Shown one piece after another: positions 1-10,894 of a DNA stretch of 64,000 nt; the first letter of the stretch is position 1; each line of letters starts with the position of its first letter. Source of the stretch: Terriglobia bacterium (lineage in GTDB: Bacteria; Acidobacteriota; Terriglobia; JAJPHL01; JAPKYU01); the NCBI GenBank assembly GCA_965206645.1, contig CBDBKE010000004.1, forward strand, positions 864,001 to 928,000, read 5' to 3'. Made by a program: the position numbers and the translations under genes. The notes beneath the pieces are model-generated. The model ran no database searches. It was not told where the DNA came from and saw only the letters and a list, made by a program, of their open reading frames with translations.

Positions 1-22
1 GGCCCTGCGCAAGGCTGTCGAG

Positions 23-1189
23 ATGACGCCGGAGGCCATTGTGGACGAGGTGAAGAAATCGGCTCTGCGCGGCCGGGGCGGCGCGGGCTTCCCGGCGGGG
101 ATGAAGTGGGGCTTCGTGCCGCGCCAGTCGCCCAAGCTGAAGTATGTGATTTGCAACGCCGACGAAAGCGAACCGGGCACCTGCAAAGACCGCCTGCTGA
201 TGGAGTACGACCCGCACGGCATCATTGAAGGGATGCTGATTGCCGGCCTGGCGGTCGCCGCCCAGCAGGGCTACATCTACATTCGCGGCGAGTACCGATA
301 CTTGATCGAAATCATGGACCGGGCTATTGAGGAGGCTTATGCGGGCGGCTTCCTGGGCCAGAACATCCTGGGCAGCGGGTTCAACTTCGACGTGTCGACC
401 CACACCGGGGCCGGGGCCTACGAGTGCGGCGAGGAGTCGGCGCTGTTGGAGTCACTGGAAGGCAAGCGTGGCATCCCGCGTATCCGCCCGCCGTTCCCGG
501 CGGTGGCGGGCCTCTACCAGTGCCCCACAGTGCTCCACAACGTGGAGACGTATGCAGCCGTGCCGCCGATCATGCTGCACGGTGGCGACTGGTTCCACAG
601 CCTGGGCACGCCCAAGAACGGCGGCACCCGCCTGTTCGCGCTCAGCGGTCACGTGAACAGCCCGGGCGTCTACGAGCTACCCCTGGGCATGCCGCTGCGC
701 ACCATGATCTACGAAGTCGGGGGCGGTATTCCCGGCGGCAAGCGGCTGAAGGCGGTGATTCCCGGCGGCTCCTCCACCCCGATCCTCGTGGAAGAGCACC
801 TGGACACGCCCATGGACTTCGACTCGCTGGCCAAGCTCGGCTCCTTTCTGGGCTCGGGCGGCGTGGTGGTGATGGACGAGGACACCTGCATGGTGCAGGT
901 GGCGTTGCGCATCATGAAGTTCTATGCCCACGAGTCCTGCGGCTGGTGCATCCCCTGCCGCGAAGGGACCACCTGGCTGCACAAGATGCTGGCGCGCCTC
1001 CATCGCGGCGAGGGCGTCTCGAGCGACGTTGATCTGGTCAGCGAGCTGGCCCACAACATCCTGGGCCGCACCTTCTGCCCGCTGGGCGACGCCGCTGCCA
1101 TGCCGACCATCAGCATCGTGAAGCACTTTCGCCACGAATTTGAGGACCACTTGAACGGCGGACCCTGCCGGTTCGAAGGGAAACACTGA
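23..1189 (+). CDS. nuoF: NADH-quinone oxidoreductase subunit F (probably 5'-truncated by the window edge)
   Basis: LRGRGGAGFP, CNADESEPGT, GAGAYECGEESALLESLEG, ESCGWCIPCREG...C Fe-S motif. Confidence 0.97.
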   Translation: MTPEAIVDEVKKSALRGRGGAGFPAGMKWGFVPRQSPKLKYVICNADESEPGTCKDRLLMEYDPHGIIEGMLIAGLAVAAQQGYIYIRGEYRYLIEIMDRAIEEAYAGGFLGQNILGSGFNFDVSTHTGAGAYECGEESALLESLEGKRGIPRIRPPFPAVAGLYQCPTVLHNVETYAAVPPIMLHGGDWFHSLGTPKNGGTRLFALSGHVNSPGVYELPLGMPLRTMIYEVGGGIPGGKRLKAVIPGGSSTPILVEEHLDTPMDFDSLAKLGSFLGSGGVVVMDEDTCMVQVALRIMKFYAHESCGWCIPCREGTTWLHKMLARLHRGEGVSSDVDLVSELAHNILGRTFCPLGDAAAMPTISIVKHFRHEFEDHLNGGPCRFEGKH

Positions 1190-1193
1190 ACCC

Positions 1194-3425
1194 ATGCCAG
1201 ACCTGGTGACCTTGACGATTGACGGCCGGCAGGTTCAGGCGCCTGCGGGGACCCTCCTGATTGAAGCTGCCAAACGTGAGGGCATCGAGGTCCCTTCGTT
1301 TTGTTACTACCCCGGGCTGTCACTGCAAGCCGCCTGCCGCATGTGCATGGTGGAAATCGAAAAGACGCCCAAGCTGCAGACCGCCTGTACCGTGCCGGTA
1401 GGGGAGGGCATGGTGGTGCGCACCAACACCGAGAAGGTGAAGCTGGCGCGCAAATCCACCCTGGAGTTCCTGCTCACCAACCATCCGCTGGACTGCCCTG
1501 TGTGTGACAAGGGCGGTGAGTGCGAATTGCAGGACATGGTCTTCCGCTACGGCGCCGGTGGCAGCCGCTTCCGTGAGGAGAAGCTGCACGTCAATGAGCA
1601 GCAATGGTCGCCCGTGGTCTACTTCGACGCCCCGCGCTGCATCCTGTGCTTCCGCTGCGTGCGGGTGTGCGACGAGGGAATGGACGTGAGCGCGTTGGGA
1701 GTGGTGAACCGCGGCGCCCATTCCGAGATTGCTCCCAACCGGGGAAATCACCTGGAGTGCGAAGAGTGTGGCGCCTGCATCGACATCTGCCCCGTGGGCG
1801 CCCTGACCAGCGGTGCCTACCGCCACAAGGCGCGCCCCTGGGAAATCCGTTACGTCCCGACAATCTGCACTCACTGTGGAGACGGCTGCAAGACGACGCT
1901 CAGCGTGCGCAATAACAAAATCCTGCGCGCCAACAACCGCGACCACAGCGGGATTAATGGCGAGTTCCTGTGCATCAAGGGGCGCTACGCCTACGACTTC
2001 CTCGACCACCCCGGACGGCTCACCGAGCCCCTCCTGCGCAAGGAGGGCCAACTGGCGCCGGTCTCCTGGGCGGAAGCGCTGGCCGCCGTGGGCCGTCGAT
2101 TCCAGGAACTTCGAAACCAAGGCCAGGCGTTTGCCGTAGTGGGCTCCAGCCACAGCAGCAATGAAGCTAGCTATTGCCTGCAGAAGTTCGCCCGGCTGGC
2201 GCTGGGCACCAACAACATTGACCACCGCCGCAGTGCCGACTACCCGGCGCTGATGGACGCGCTCAGCGGAAGGTCGAACGGGCCCCGACCGCTGGCCACC
2301 TCCGCCGACCTGCTCACCGCACCGGCCGTCCTGCTGATCGGTAACAACCCTACCGACCAGCACCCGCTGCTCGCCTGGAATATCCGAACCAACGTGCGTC
2401 TCAATCGCGGGCGGCTGTTCGTCATCAGCCGGCAGAGAATCAAACTGGAGCGGCAGGCGGCGGCCGGGGGCGGCTTCCAGTTGATCCGGCGGGGCGAAGA
2501 AGGCACAGCGCTGGAGTTTCTCGGTGGTCGGGACGAGGCGCTGCCCTCCGGCGCGGACCGCGAGTTGTGGAGTAGCTTCCGCGAGCAGCTCCGCAGGGAG
2601 AGGGACCTGGTGGTGGTCTTCGGCTCGGAGGTGAAAGGCCCGGACGTCGCCCGCTTGGTTCGCTTCGGGGACACGTTGAAAGGGAGCACGCGCTACATCG
2701 CCCTAGCCGACTACAACAACTCGCGCGGCGCCGCCGACATGGGACTGTTCCCCGACCTGCTGCCGGGCTACGTGCCCGTGGCCGACACGGCCGGCCGGAG
2801 GCGCTTGGAGGAGCGCTGGAAAGGTCTGGTGCCGGATGCGCCGGGGCTGGCGCTGGATGAAATGATGGCCGCAGCTCAGCGCGGCGAAGTGGGCGCGCTC
2901 TACGTCGTCGGAGCCAATCCCCTCAAGCGCTATGCCCTGGAGGCAGGCCGAACGTTCTTTGTGGTCCAGGACCTGTTCCTGACGGAAACTGCCGAGCGGG
3001 CCGACGTGGTGCTGCCGGCCTCCAGCGCCTACGAGATTCCCGGCACGGTCACCAATACCTGCGGCGAGGTGCAACGCCTGAACAAGGCGCTCACCGTCAA
3101 CGGCCCCAAGCCGGACCTGGAAATCCTTGGCCTGATCGCCAAGGAAATGGGCGTGGATCTGGGATCCATCCAGAACGAAGAGGTTTTCGAAGAAATCCGT
3201 CAACTGGTGAAGGGCTACGACCTGCCGATGGCCACCTTGCTAACCGGCGGCGCCGTTCCTGCCCTGCCCCTGGACGGACGGGTGCCCCACCGTGCCCGGC
3301 CCGAGCTGATTTATTCGGCCAACGACACCCTGTTTACTTCGGGAACCCTCGGCAGGTACAGTAACACCCTCAATTCTGTGGTGGAGAAAGACCTGCACAA
3401 GAATCCGCCGGGCTTGGGCGAATAG
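1194..3425 (+). CDS. nuoG: NADH-quinone oxidoreductase subunit G
   Basis: CRMCMVE, HPLDCPVCDKGGECELQD, RCILCFRCVRVC, CTHCGDGC; molybdopterin-oxidoreductase-like C-terminal part. Confidence 0.96.
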   Translation: MPDLVTLTIDGRQVQAPAGTLLIEAAKREGIEVPSFCYYPGLSLQAACRMCMVEIEKTPKLQTACTVPVGEGMVVRTNTEKVKLARKSTLEFLLTNHPLDCPVCDKGGECELQDMVFRYGAGGSRFREEKLHVNEQQWSPVVYFDAPRCILCFRCVRVCDEGMDVSALGVVNRGAHSEIAPNRGNHLECEECGACIDICPVGALTSGAYRHKARPWEIRYVPTICTHCGDGCKTTLSVRNNKILRANNRDHSGINGEFLCIKGRYAYDFLDHPGRLTEPLLRKEGQLAPVSWAEALAAVGRRFQELRNQGQAFAVVGSSHSSNEASYCLQKFARLALGTNNIDHRRSADYPALMDALSGRSNGPRPLATSADLLTAPAVLLIGNNPTDQHPLLAWNIRTNVRLNRGRLFVISRQRIKLERQAAAGGGFQLIRRGEEGTALEFLGGRDEALPSGADRELWSSFREQLRRERDLVVVFGSEVKGPDVARLVRFGDTLKGSTRYIALADYNNSRGAADMGLFPDLLPGYVPVADTAGRRRLEERWKGLVPDAPGLALDEMMAAAQRGEVGALYVVGANPLKRYALEAGRTFFVVQDLFLTETAERADVVLPASSAYEIPGTVTNTCGEVQRLNKALTVNGPKPDLEILGLIAKEMGVDLGSIQNEEVFEEIRQLVKGYDLPMATLLTGGAVPALPLDGRVPHRARPELIYSANDTLFTSGTLGRYSNTLNSVVEKDLHKNPPGLGE

Positions 3426-3538
3426 TGCCGTTGCAGGCGGATTTCCTGATGCAAAGCCGGCGGACTTGCGGAGTCGGTCGGCGGCCGGTGAAACCCGGCG
3501 CAAAGCATAACTGACCGGCACAAGGCATAACTCAGAGG

Positions 3539-4792
3539 ATGAGCCGCTCGTTTCTCATCGTCACGCTACTGAAAATCTCGGTGGTGCTGTTTGTCCTGCT
3601 GACGTTACTGGCCTACGTGGTTTGGGTCGAGCGCAAGGTTGCCGCGCACATCCAGTCGCGCTGGGGCCCCTATCGCGTCGGTCCCCACGGACTGTTGCAG
3701 CCGTTGGCCGACGTGTTGAAATTCATCTTCAAGGAGGACACGACGCCGGCTCAGGCGGACCGCCCGCTTTACTTCCTGGCGCCCTTCCTGGCGGTCGCGC
3801 TGGCGCTGATGTCCATTGCCGTCATCCCCTTCGGCCCTCAGGTGGAGATCGCCGGCCATCAGGTCTGGATGCAGGTTACCGACCTGAACATCGGGCTGCT
3901 GTTTGTGCTGGCGGTCACCTCGTTGGGCGTCTACGGCGTGGCCCTGGCCGGCTGGTCCTCCGGGAGCAAGTACTCGCTGCTGGGCGGTCTGCGCAGCTCG
4001 GCTCAAATGATCAGCTACGAGCTGGCCATGAGCTTTGCCGTCATCGGCGTAGTGATTCTCTCCGGAACGCTGAGCCTGCGGGGCATCGTTGATGGCCAGT
4101 CAGGCTTTTGGCTGGGCTTCATCCCCAAGTGGAATATCTGGCCGCAAGTTATTGCTTTCTTTGTGTTTCTGACCGCGGCCTTCGCCGAAACCAACCGTCT
4201 GCCATTCGACCTGGCGGAAGCGGAAACCGAGCTGGTGGCCGGCTTTCACACCGAGTACAGCAGCCTGAAATTCGCCATGTTTTTTACCGCCGAATACGCC
4301 CACATGGTGACGGCCTCGGCGGTGACTACCATCCTGTTCTTCGGCGGCTGGCTGCGGCCTCTGCCCTGGGATGGGCTGCGCTACGTGCCTCTGGTCGTGC
4401 TGCTGGGGGTCGCGGGCGCCATCCTGTGGACGGTGCGGCGTAGTTACCAGCGAAAGACCGTGGAGCGCGAGCTGCGCAAGACAAAAGCCGCCATCCTGTC
4501 CAGCGAGTCCGTCAGCAGCCAATCCCTGGGGTTGCTGGTGGTCGCGGCGCTGGGCCTGGTGCTGACGGGGATCGGGCTGGGCTTTCTCAATGACTGGTTT
4601 GCGCGCGCGGCCGAACCGCTGTTCTGGTTTTCCTCTAAAGTGCTGGTCTTCCTTTTCTTTTTTATATGGGTGCGGTGGAGCATCCCGCGCTTCCGCTATG
4701 ACCAGTTAATGACCATTGGCTGGAAATTGCTGCTGCCGGTGGCGGCGGTCAATATTCTGATTACCGGGCTCATCGTGGCGCTGCAGGCCTGA
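3539..4792 (+). CDS. nuoH: NADH-quinone oxidoreductase subunit H (long form)
   Basis: ERKVAAHIQSRWGP, AETNRLPFDLAEAETEL, PRFRYDQLM. Confidence 0.96.
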   Translation: MSRSFLIVTLLKISVVLFVLLTLLAYVVWVERKVAAHIQSRWGPYRVGPHGLLQPLADVLKFIFKEDTTPAQADRPLYFLAPFLAVALALMSIAVIPFGPQVEIAGHQVWMQVTDLNIGLLFVLAVTSLGVYGVALAGWSSGSKYSLLGGLRSSAQMISYELAMSFAVIGVVILSGTLSLRGIVDGQSGFWLGFIPKWNIWPQVIAFFVFLTAAFAETNRLPFDLAEAETELVAGFHTEYSSLKFAMFFTAEYAHMVTASAVTTILFFGGWLRPLPWDGLRYVPLVVLLGVAGAILWTVRRSYQRKTVERELRKTKAAILSSESVSSQSLGLLVVAALGLVLTGIGLGFLNDWFARAAEPLFWFSSKVLVFLFFFIWVRWSIPRFRYDQLMTIGWKLLLPVAAVNILITGLIVALQA

Positions 4793-4811
4793 TTTCGCAC
4801 GGAAGCGCTCA

Positions 4812-5309
4812 ATGGAAAAACTGCTGTTTCTGACATTCGCGGGCATCGCCATAGGGGCGGCTCTGAACCTGCTGCTTTCGCGCCGCCCCATCTATAGCGC
4901 CCTGTCGCTGATCGGCGTCATGGGCGCTCTGGCTGTGCTCTACCTGCTGCTGGGCGCTGAGTTCATCGCCGCGGTGCAGGTGATTGTGTACGCCGGCGCC
5001 ATTATGGTGCTGTTCGTGTTCGTGATCATGCTGCTGAACGCTGGCGAGGAGGTGCGAACGAACCGGTCGTTGCTGGCGCGGTTCTTGGGGCTGCCGCTGG
5101 TCCTGCTGGTCCTGCTGTTCCTGGTCCAGTTCGCGCGCATGCTGCACCGGGAGTTCCCGCAGACGGTGAGCTTCGGCACCTTCGTCGGAGGCACAAAAGA
5201 CATCGGCAGGCTGCTGTTTGACAAGTACCTGCTGGCGTTCGAGGTCACCTCGGTGCTCATCCTGGTGGCGATCATGGGAGCGGTAGTGCTGGCCCAGAGG
5301 AGACGATAG
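4812..5309 (+). CDS. nuoJ: NADH-quinone oxidoreductase subunit J
   Basis: [20 protein letters not shown] motif; operon position. Confidence 0.95.
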   Translation: MEKLLFLTFAGIAIGAALNLLLSRRPIYSALSLIGVMGALAVLYLLLGAEFIAAVQVIVYAGAIMVLFVFVIMLLNAGEEVRTNRSLLARFLGLPLVLLVLLFLVQFARMLHREFPQTVSFGTFVGGTKDIGRLLFDKYLLAFEVTSVLILVAIMGAVVLAQRRR

Positions 5310-5320
5310 AGGAAACGCTG

Positions 5321-5623
5321 ATGGTGCCCATCTCCTGGTATCTGCTGCTGAGCGCCGTGTTGTTCGCGCTGGGGGTGGCGGGATTCCTGTTCAAGCGCAA
5401 CATCATCACCATTTTCATGTCCATTGAGCTGATGCTGAACGCGGTAAACCTCAGCTTCGTGGCCTTTTCCTACGTGCTGGAGGAGCTCAGCGGCCAGGTC
5501 TTTGTGTTCTTCGTCATGGTGGTGGCCGCCGCCGAGGCTGCGGTCGGTCTGGCGATCATCATCACCGTGTTCCGTAACCGCGACTCGCTGAATGTAGACG
5601 ATCTGGAGATGATGAAGTTCTGA
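5321..5623 (+). CDS. nuoK: NADH-quinone oxidoreductase subunit K
   Basis: [23 protein letters not shown]; 100 aa. Confidence 0.96.
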   Translation: MVPISWYLLLSAVLFALGVAGFLFKRNIITIFMSIELMLNAVNLSFVAFSYVLEELSGQVFVFFVMVVAAAEAAVGLAIIITVFRNRDSLNVDDLEMMKF

Positions 5624-5695
5624 CGGGGTGGCGGCGTTCATGCCGCCGCCTGGCAGGCTAGGGCTTGCCGTTACACGGAAGAGGCAACAAAGAGT

Positions 5696-7642
5696 TTGCC
5701 CGGTTCTTACCACCTCTGGCTGATCCCGCTGCTGCCCCTGCTAGGTGCGGTTGTAAACGGCCTGCTCGGCCGCAGCCGTTCCCGCCGCTTCGTCAGCACG
5801 GTCGGCGTCGGCAGCGCCGCCCTCTCCTGTGCCTGGGCCTTCCTCACCTTTTTCCGCTGGTACGAGTCGAACCCGACGCCCTACCTGGAACGGCTCACGA
5901 CCTGGATTGTGGCCGGCGCGTTCCGGGTGGACTTTTCCCTCTACCTGGACCAGCTTTCCGCGGTGATGATGCTGATGGTGACCGGCGTGGGCTTGCTCAT
6001 CCACATCTACTCGGTGGGCTACATGGCCCACGAAGAGGGCTACTACCGCTTCTTCTCCTACCTGAACCTGTTCATGTTCTTTATGCTCACGCTGATTCTG
6101 GCCAGCAATTACCTGCTGATGTTTGTCGGCTGGGAGGGCGTGGGTCTGTGCTCCTACCTTTTGATCGGCTTTTTCTTCATTCGAAAATCTGCGGCCGACG
6201 CCGGCAAGAAGGCGTTCCTCGTCAACCGGGTGGGCGACTTCGGCTTCATCCTGGCGCTCATTACCATGTTCTGGCTGCTGGGCAGCCTGGATTTTGACTG
6301 GGTTTTTCGGCAAGCCGCCCAGATGCCAGTGGAATCGGTGGGCGAGCCTGGGATGCTCACCGTGATTTGCCTGCTGCTGTTGGTGGGAGCCACCGGCAAG
6401 TCGGCGCAGCTTCCGCTCTACGTCTGGCTGCCGGACGCCATGGAGGGCCCTACGCCGGTCAGTGCGCTGATACACGCCGCCACCATGGTGACCGCCGGCG
6501 TGTATATGGTCGCGCGCTCCCACGTGCTGTTCACGCACGCGCCGCTGGCTTTATTTGCCGTCGCCCTCATCGGCTGCCTGACCGCGCTCTTTGCCGCAAC
6601 CATCGGACTGGTGCAGACCGATATCAAGCGCGTGCTGGCCTACTCCACCATCAGCCAGCTTGGCTACATGTTCCTGGCCTGCGGCGTGGCCGCCTTCGGC
6701 GCCGGCATCTTCCACCTGATCACCCACGCTTTCTTCAAAGCTCTGCTATTTCTGGGCGCCGGCAGCGTCATTCACGCAGTTGGGGGCGAGCAGGACCTCC
6801 GTCGCATGGGGGGACTCAAGCGCTTTGTGCCTTACACCTACTGGAGCTTCCTGGCCGCCGCGTTGGCCATCTCCGGATTCCCGCTGACGGCTGGCTTCTT
6901 CAGCAAAGACGAAATTCTGTGGAAGACCACCCCGGCGGCTTCTGCATACGGGCACTGGGCTCTCTGGCTGCTGGGTACGGTGACCGCTGGAATGACCGCA
7001 TTCTATGTCTTCCGCCTCTTTTTCCTGGCGTTCCACGGAGAGGCGCGCAGTGAGGCCGCGCACCACCCTCACGAGTCGCCGCCGGCGATGACCGTGCCGC
7101 TGATGATCCTGGGAGTGCTTGCGGTGATCGGTGGCTGGATCGGCTGGCCGCACGCGCTGGGTGGGCATAACCGCTTCGAAGCATTTCTGGAGCCGGTCTT
7201 CCGCACTTCGGCCGGCGCGATTCCGGCGGCTCCGGCGGGCGAGCATCTCGGGCTGGAACGGATGCTGACGGTGGTGGCGATCCTGGTCGGGCTCTCCGGC
7301 ATCGGCCTAGCCTACCTGCTTTACGTGCGGCGGCCGGCGCTGGCACAGCGGGCCGCCGATGCCGCCGGCAGGCTCTACAGCCTAGTGCTGAACAAGTATT
7401 ACGTAGATGAAGTCTACCAGGCTGCCATCGTGCGGCCCCTCGTCGTGGGCTCGACCCGGTTCCTGTGGCGGGTCATGGATGTAGCTGTGATCGACGGGGC
7501 GGTGAATGGCGCGGCCAGCAGTACTCGCGCCCTGGGGGCTTCGGTGCGGCGTGTGCAGTCAGGCAACATCCGCAGCTACGCCGGCTGGGTTGTGATCGGC
7601 GTGCTGGCCGCTATCAGCTTTATGAGCTTGTGGGCGAGATAG
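5696..7642 (+). CDS. nuoL: NADH-quinone oxidoreductase subunit L
   Basis: GKSAQLPLYVWLPDAMEGPTPVSALIHAATMV, THAFFKALLFL. Confidence 0.97.
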   Translation: MPGSYHLWLIPLLPLLGAVVNGLLGRSRSRRFVSTVGVGSAALSCAWAFLTFFRWYESNPTPYLERLTTWIVAGAFRVDFSLYLDQLSAVMMLMVTGVGLLIHIYSVGYMAHEEGYYRFFSYLNLFMFFMLTLILASNYLLMFVGWEGVGLCSYLLIGFFFIRKSAADAGKKAFLVNRVGDFGFILALITMFWLLGSLDFDWVFRQAAQMPVESVGEPGMLTVICLLLLVGATGKSAQLPLYVWLPDAMEGPTPVSALIHAATMVTAGVYMVARSHVLFTHAPLALFAVALIGCLTALFAATIGLVQTDIKRVLAYSTISQLGYMFLACGVAAFGAGIFHLITHAFFKALLFLGAGSVIHAVGGEQDLRRMGGLKRFVPYTYWSFLAAALAISGFPLTAGFFSKDEILWKTTPAASAYGHWALWLLGTVTAGMTAFYVFRLFFLAFHGEARSEAAHHPHESPPAMTVPLMILGVLAVIGGWIGWPHALGGHNRFEAFLEPVFRTSAGAIPAAPAGEHLGLERMLTVVAILVGLSGIGLAYLLYVRRPALAQRAADAAGRLYSLVLNKYYVDEVYQAAIVRPLVVGSTRFLWRVMDVAVIDGAVNGAASSTRALGASVRRVQSGNIRSYAGWVVIGVLAAISFMSLWAR

Positions 7643-7643
7643 G

Positions 7644-9236
7644 ATGAGCTGGCTTCTGGTTACAGTCTTGTTTCTGCCGGCGGCTGCCGCGCTGGTCCTG
7701 CTGGCCGTGCCCGACCGTGAAAAGGAACTGGTGCGCCGGCTGGCCCTCGGCGCCGCGCTGCTCACCTTCTTGCTTTCGCTGCCCTTGGCCGCTCAGTTTC
7801 CCGCGGGCGCCGACGACTGGCTGTTTGAGGTGAACCGCTCCTGGATCGCTTCGCCGCCCATCCGCTTCCACATCGCATTGGACGGCCTCAGCCTCTGGCT
7901 GGTGCTGCTGGTCACCTTCCTCATCCCAATCTCCATGCTGGCTTCCTGGCGCTCGATCCAGTCGCGGGTAAAGGAGTTCTTCTTCCTGCTGTTGCTGCTG
8001 GAGACGGGCATGATCGGGGTGTTTGCCTCCCTGGACCTGTTTCTGTTCTACGTCTTCTGGGAAGTCTCACTGGTGCCCATGTACTTCATCATCGGGGTGT
8101 GGGGCCACGAGCGGCGGGTTTACGCGGCGGTGAAATTCTTCCTGTTCACCTTCGCCGGCTCGGTGCTGATGCTGGTGGCCATCATCTGGTTGTACAACGC
8201 AACCGGCACTTTTGATCTCCCGACGATTCTAGACGGGATGCAGGAGGGCGAGTTTCTCTTGCAGGGCTCGCAGCAGGTCTGGCTGTTCCTGGCGTTTTTC
8301 CTGGCCTTCGCCATCAAGGTGCCGCTGTTTCCGCTGCACACGTGGCTACCCGACGCGCACGTGGAAGCGCCCACGGCCGGGTCGGTGATTCTGGCCGGGG
8401 TGCTGCTGAAGATGGGCACCTACGGGCTGGCGCGTTTCTGCCTGCCGCTGTTCCCGGAAGCCTCACGCGCGCTCGCTATGCCCATTGTTGTTCTAGCGCT
8501 GATCGGCATCATCTACGGCGCGCTGGTGGCCATGGTACAGCCCGACCTGAAGAAGTTGGTGGCCTATAGTTCGGTGAGCCACCTGGGATTTGTGGTGTTA
8601 GGCATTTTCTCCTTCAACCAACAGGCGCTGGATGGCGCTGTTTACCAGATGCTGAACCATGGCGTCTCGACCGGCGCTCTGTTCTTGCTGGCGGGCATGC
8701 TCTACGACCGGCGCCACACGCACCTGATCAGCGAGTTTGGGGGCCTAGCCACGCCCCTCCCGGTGCTCTCCAGCTTCTTCCTGTTCACCACGCTGTCCAG
8801 CATCGGCCTGCCGATGCTGAACAACTTTGTCGGCGAGTTCCTGGTGCTATTGGGCGCCTACCAGGCGCGTCCGCTTTACGCTTACGTGGCCGCCGTTGGG
8901 GTCATTCTGGCGGCCGCTTACATGTTGTGGATGTACCAGCGGGTCTTCTTTGGCGAGGTCACCGTGGAAGCTAACCGGACGCTGCCGGACGCCAGGCTGC
9001 GTGAGAAATTCGTCCTGGTGCCAGCTTTGGCATTGATGCTGTGGATGGGGATCGCTTCGCCGATGTTCATGAACAAGATGGATGGCGCTACCAAGCGGAT
9101 TCTGAAAGAAGCCGATGCAGGGCGTCACCACGTTTTATTGATTGATTCATTGCCGATTGAGCCGGCAGTTGCGCCAGCGGTTGAGCAAGCGGTTGAGCCC
9201 GCAGTTGAGACCGCAGTTGAGACATTGAAGCGCTGA
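7644..9236 (+). CDS. nuoM: NADH-quinone oxidoreductase subunit M
   Basis: IKVPLFPLHTWLPDAHVEAPTAGS, LVAYSSVSHLG. Confidence 0.97.
   Translation: MSWLLVTVLFLPAAAALVLLAVPDREKELVRRLALGAALLTFLLSLPLAAQFPAGADDWLFEVNRSWIASPPIRFHIALDGLSLWLVLLVTFLIPISMLASWRSIQSRVKEFFFLLLLLETGMIGVFASLDLFLFYVFWEVSLVPMYFIIGVWGHERRVYAAVKFFLFTFAGSVLMLVAIIWLYNATGTFDLPTILDGMQEGEFLLQGSQQVWLFLAFFLAFAIKVPLFPLHTWLPDAHVEAPTAGSVILAGVLLKMGTYGLARFCLPLFPEASRALAMPIVVLALIGIIYGALVAMVQPDLKKLVAYSSVSHLGFVVLGIFSFNQQALDGAVYQMLNHGVSTGALFLLAGMLYDRRHTHLISEFGGLATPLPVLSSFFLFTTLSSIGLPMLNNFVGEFLVLLGAYQARPLYAYVAAVGVILAAAYMLWMYQRVFFGEVTVEANRTLPDARLREKFVLVPALALMLWMGIASPMFMNKMDGATKRILKEADAGRHHVLLIDSLPIEPAVAPAVEQAVEPAVETAVETLKR
9159..9224 (+). repeat. 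12-bp tandem repeat (about 5.5 units) encoding the (E/A)xAV tail of NuoM
   Basis: gagccggcagtt gcgccagcggtt gagcaagcggtt gagcccgcagtt gagaccgcagtt gagaca. Confidence 0.85.
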
Positions 9237-9238
9237 AC

Positions 9239-10669
9239 ATGGACTACGGCCTCCAACTCCTCCGCCTGCTGCCCGAAGCCGTTCTGGCGGTGTTCGGCAT
9301 CGCCATCATGCTGGCCGAGCCGTTTGTGCAGCAGAAGCGCAAGCTAGGCTATCTGGCCGTGGTCGGGCTGCTGGTGGCGCTGGTCGGAGCAGTCGTACAG
9401 ACGGGCTATTTGGGGCCGGCCTTCAGCGATCAGATCGTCAACGACTGGTTCGCCATCTTCTTCCGCGTCCTGTTCATCCTGATCGGCATTCTGGTGGTCT
9501 TCTCCTCCTTCCAGTACCTGGAGCGCGACGCCATCCACCACGGCGAATATTACGCGCTGGTGCTGCTCTCGATTGTCGGCCAGTGCCTGATGGCAGCCTC
9601 GGTGGAGCTGATCACGATCTTTCTGGGACTGGAGATTTCCTCCATCGCCACCTACATCCTGGCCGGATTCCGCCCCGGCGAGGCCAAGTCCAGCGAGGCT
9701 GCGCTGAAATATTTCCTGCTGGGCTCGTTTGCCACCGCCTTCCTGCTGTACGGCATCGCGCTGATTTTCGGCGCCACCGGCACCACTTACCTGACAGGCA
9801 TCCGCGCGTCACTGGAGAGCCAGGGCGCGGGCCTGCTGGTAGCCGTAGCGGCGGCGCTCATGTTCGTCGGCTTCGGGTTCAAGGTGGCCAGCGCTCCGTT
9901 CCACATCTGGACCCCGGACGTGTACGAAGGCTCGCCTACTCCGGTCACCGCCTTCATGTCAGCCGGCCCGAAGGCCGCCGCCTTCGCCGTGTTCCTGCGC
10001 GTGTTCCTGACGGCGCTGGAGCCGGCCGGGGGTTGGTTCTGGCTGTTGTGGATCTCGGCCGGGCTCTCCATGTTCGTGGGCAACCTGGCGGCGCTGGTGC
10101 AGAGCAACATCAAGCGGATGCTGGCCTACTCCTCAATTGCCCACGCCGGCTACATGCTGGTGGCCTTCGCCGCGCGCTCGGAGCTGGGGGTGGCCGCGGT
10201 CCTGTTCTACCTGGCCGCCTACTGCGCCATGAACCTGGGCGCCTTCGCGGTGGTGAGCCATTTCGGCAGCGAGCGCGAGCGCTACACCACCATCGACGAC
10301 TACACGGGGCTGGCCCACCGCCATCCGGCGCTGGCTGCGGTGCTCACCATTTTTCTGCTGTCGCTGATTGGCATCCCGCTGACCGGCGGCTTCTTCGGCA
10401 AGTTCTACATCTTCCGCGCCGCTCTCAATGCTGATCTGGTGGGGCTCACCGTTTTGGGCGTGCTCAACAGCGCCATTGCCTCCTACTACTACCTGCGGGT
10501 GGTGGTGGTGATGTACATGCGCGAGCCGGTCACCGAGGCTCCGGTCGAGCGAGTGCCTGGCAGCATCCGCTTCGTGCTGGGCTTGACCGCGGCGGCGACT
10601 TTTTATCTGGGCATCTTCCCCGGCATGGTCTTGCAGTTCGCCCGTCGCTCAGCCGAGATGCTGCGCTAG
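9239..10669 (+). CDS. nuoN: NADH-quinone oxidoreductase subunit N
   Basis: EAALKYFLLGS, FKVASAPFHIWTPDVYEGSPTP, KRMLAYSSIAHAGY. Confidence 0.97.
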   Translation: MDYGLQLLRLLPEAVLAVFGIAIMLAEPFVQQKRKLGYLAVVGLLVALVGAVVQTGYLGPAFSDQIVNDWFAIFFRVLFILIGILVVFSSFQYLERDAIHHGEYYALVLLSIVGQCLMAASVELITIFLGLEISSIATYILAGFRPGEAKSSEAALKYFLLGSFATAFLLYGIALIFGATGTTYLTGIRASLESQGAGLLVAVAAALMFVGFGFKVASAPFHIWTPDVYEGSPTPVTAFMSAGPKAAAFAVFLRVFLTALEPAGGWFWLLWISAGLSMFVGNLAALVQSNIKRMLAYSSIAHAGYMLVAFAARSELGVAAVLFYLAAYCAMNLGAFAVVSHFGSERERYTTIDDYTGLAHRHPALAAVLTIFLLSLIGIPLTGGFFGKFYIFRAALNADLVGLTVLGVLNSAIASYYYLRVVVVMYMREPVTEAPVERVPGSIRFVLGLTAAATFYLGIFPGMVLQFARRSAEMLR

Positions 10670-10894
10670 TCATTCCTCCGGCATCCCGGCTTCACTGTGG
10701 AAAGGAAGTTGCTCTAGGGAGCACTGCCTGGGAGTACTGCTAGCCCCTTCGTACCATTGACGGAACTGGCCCGGCAGTGATAAAAGTATTTCTGTAACAA
10801 GGCCTGGGTAGCACCGACATCGACAAGAATGCGGATTCTGGATAGAATCGGCAACACGCGACAGCTCCCCCCCAGAACTGGAGACAGCATCGTC

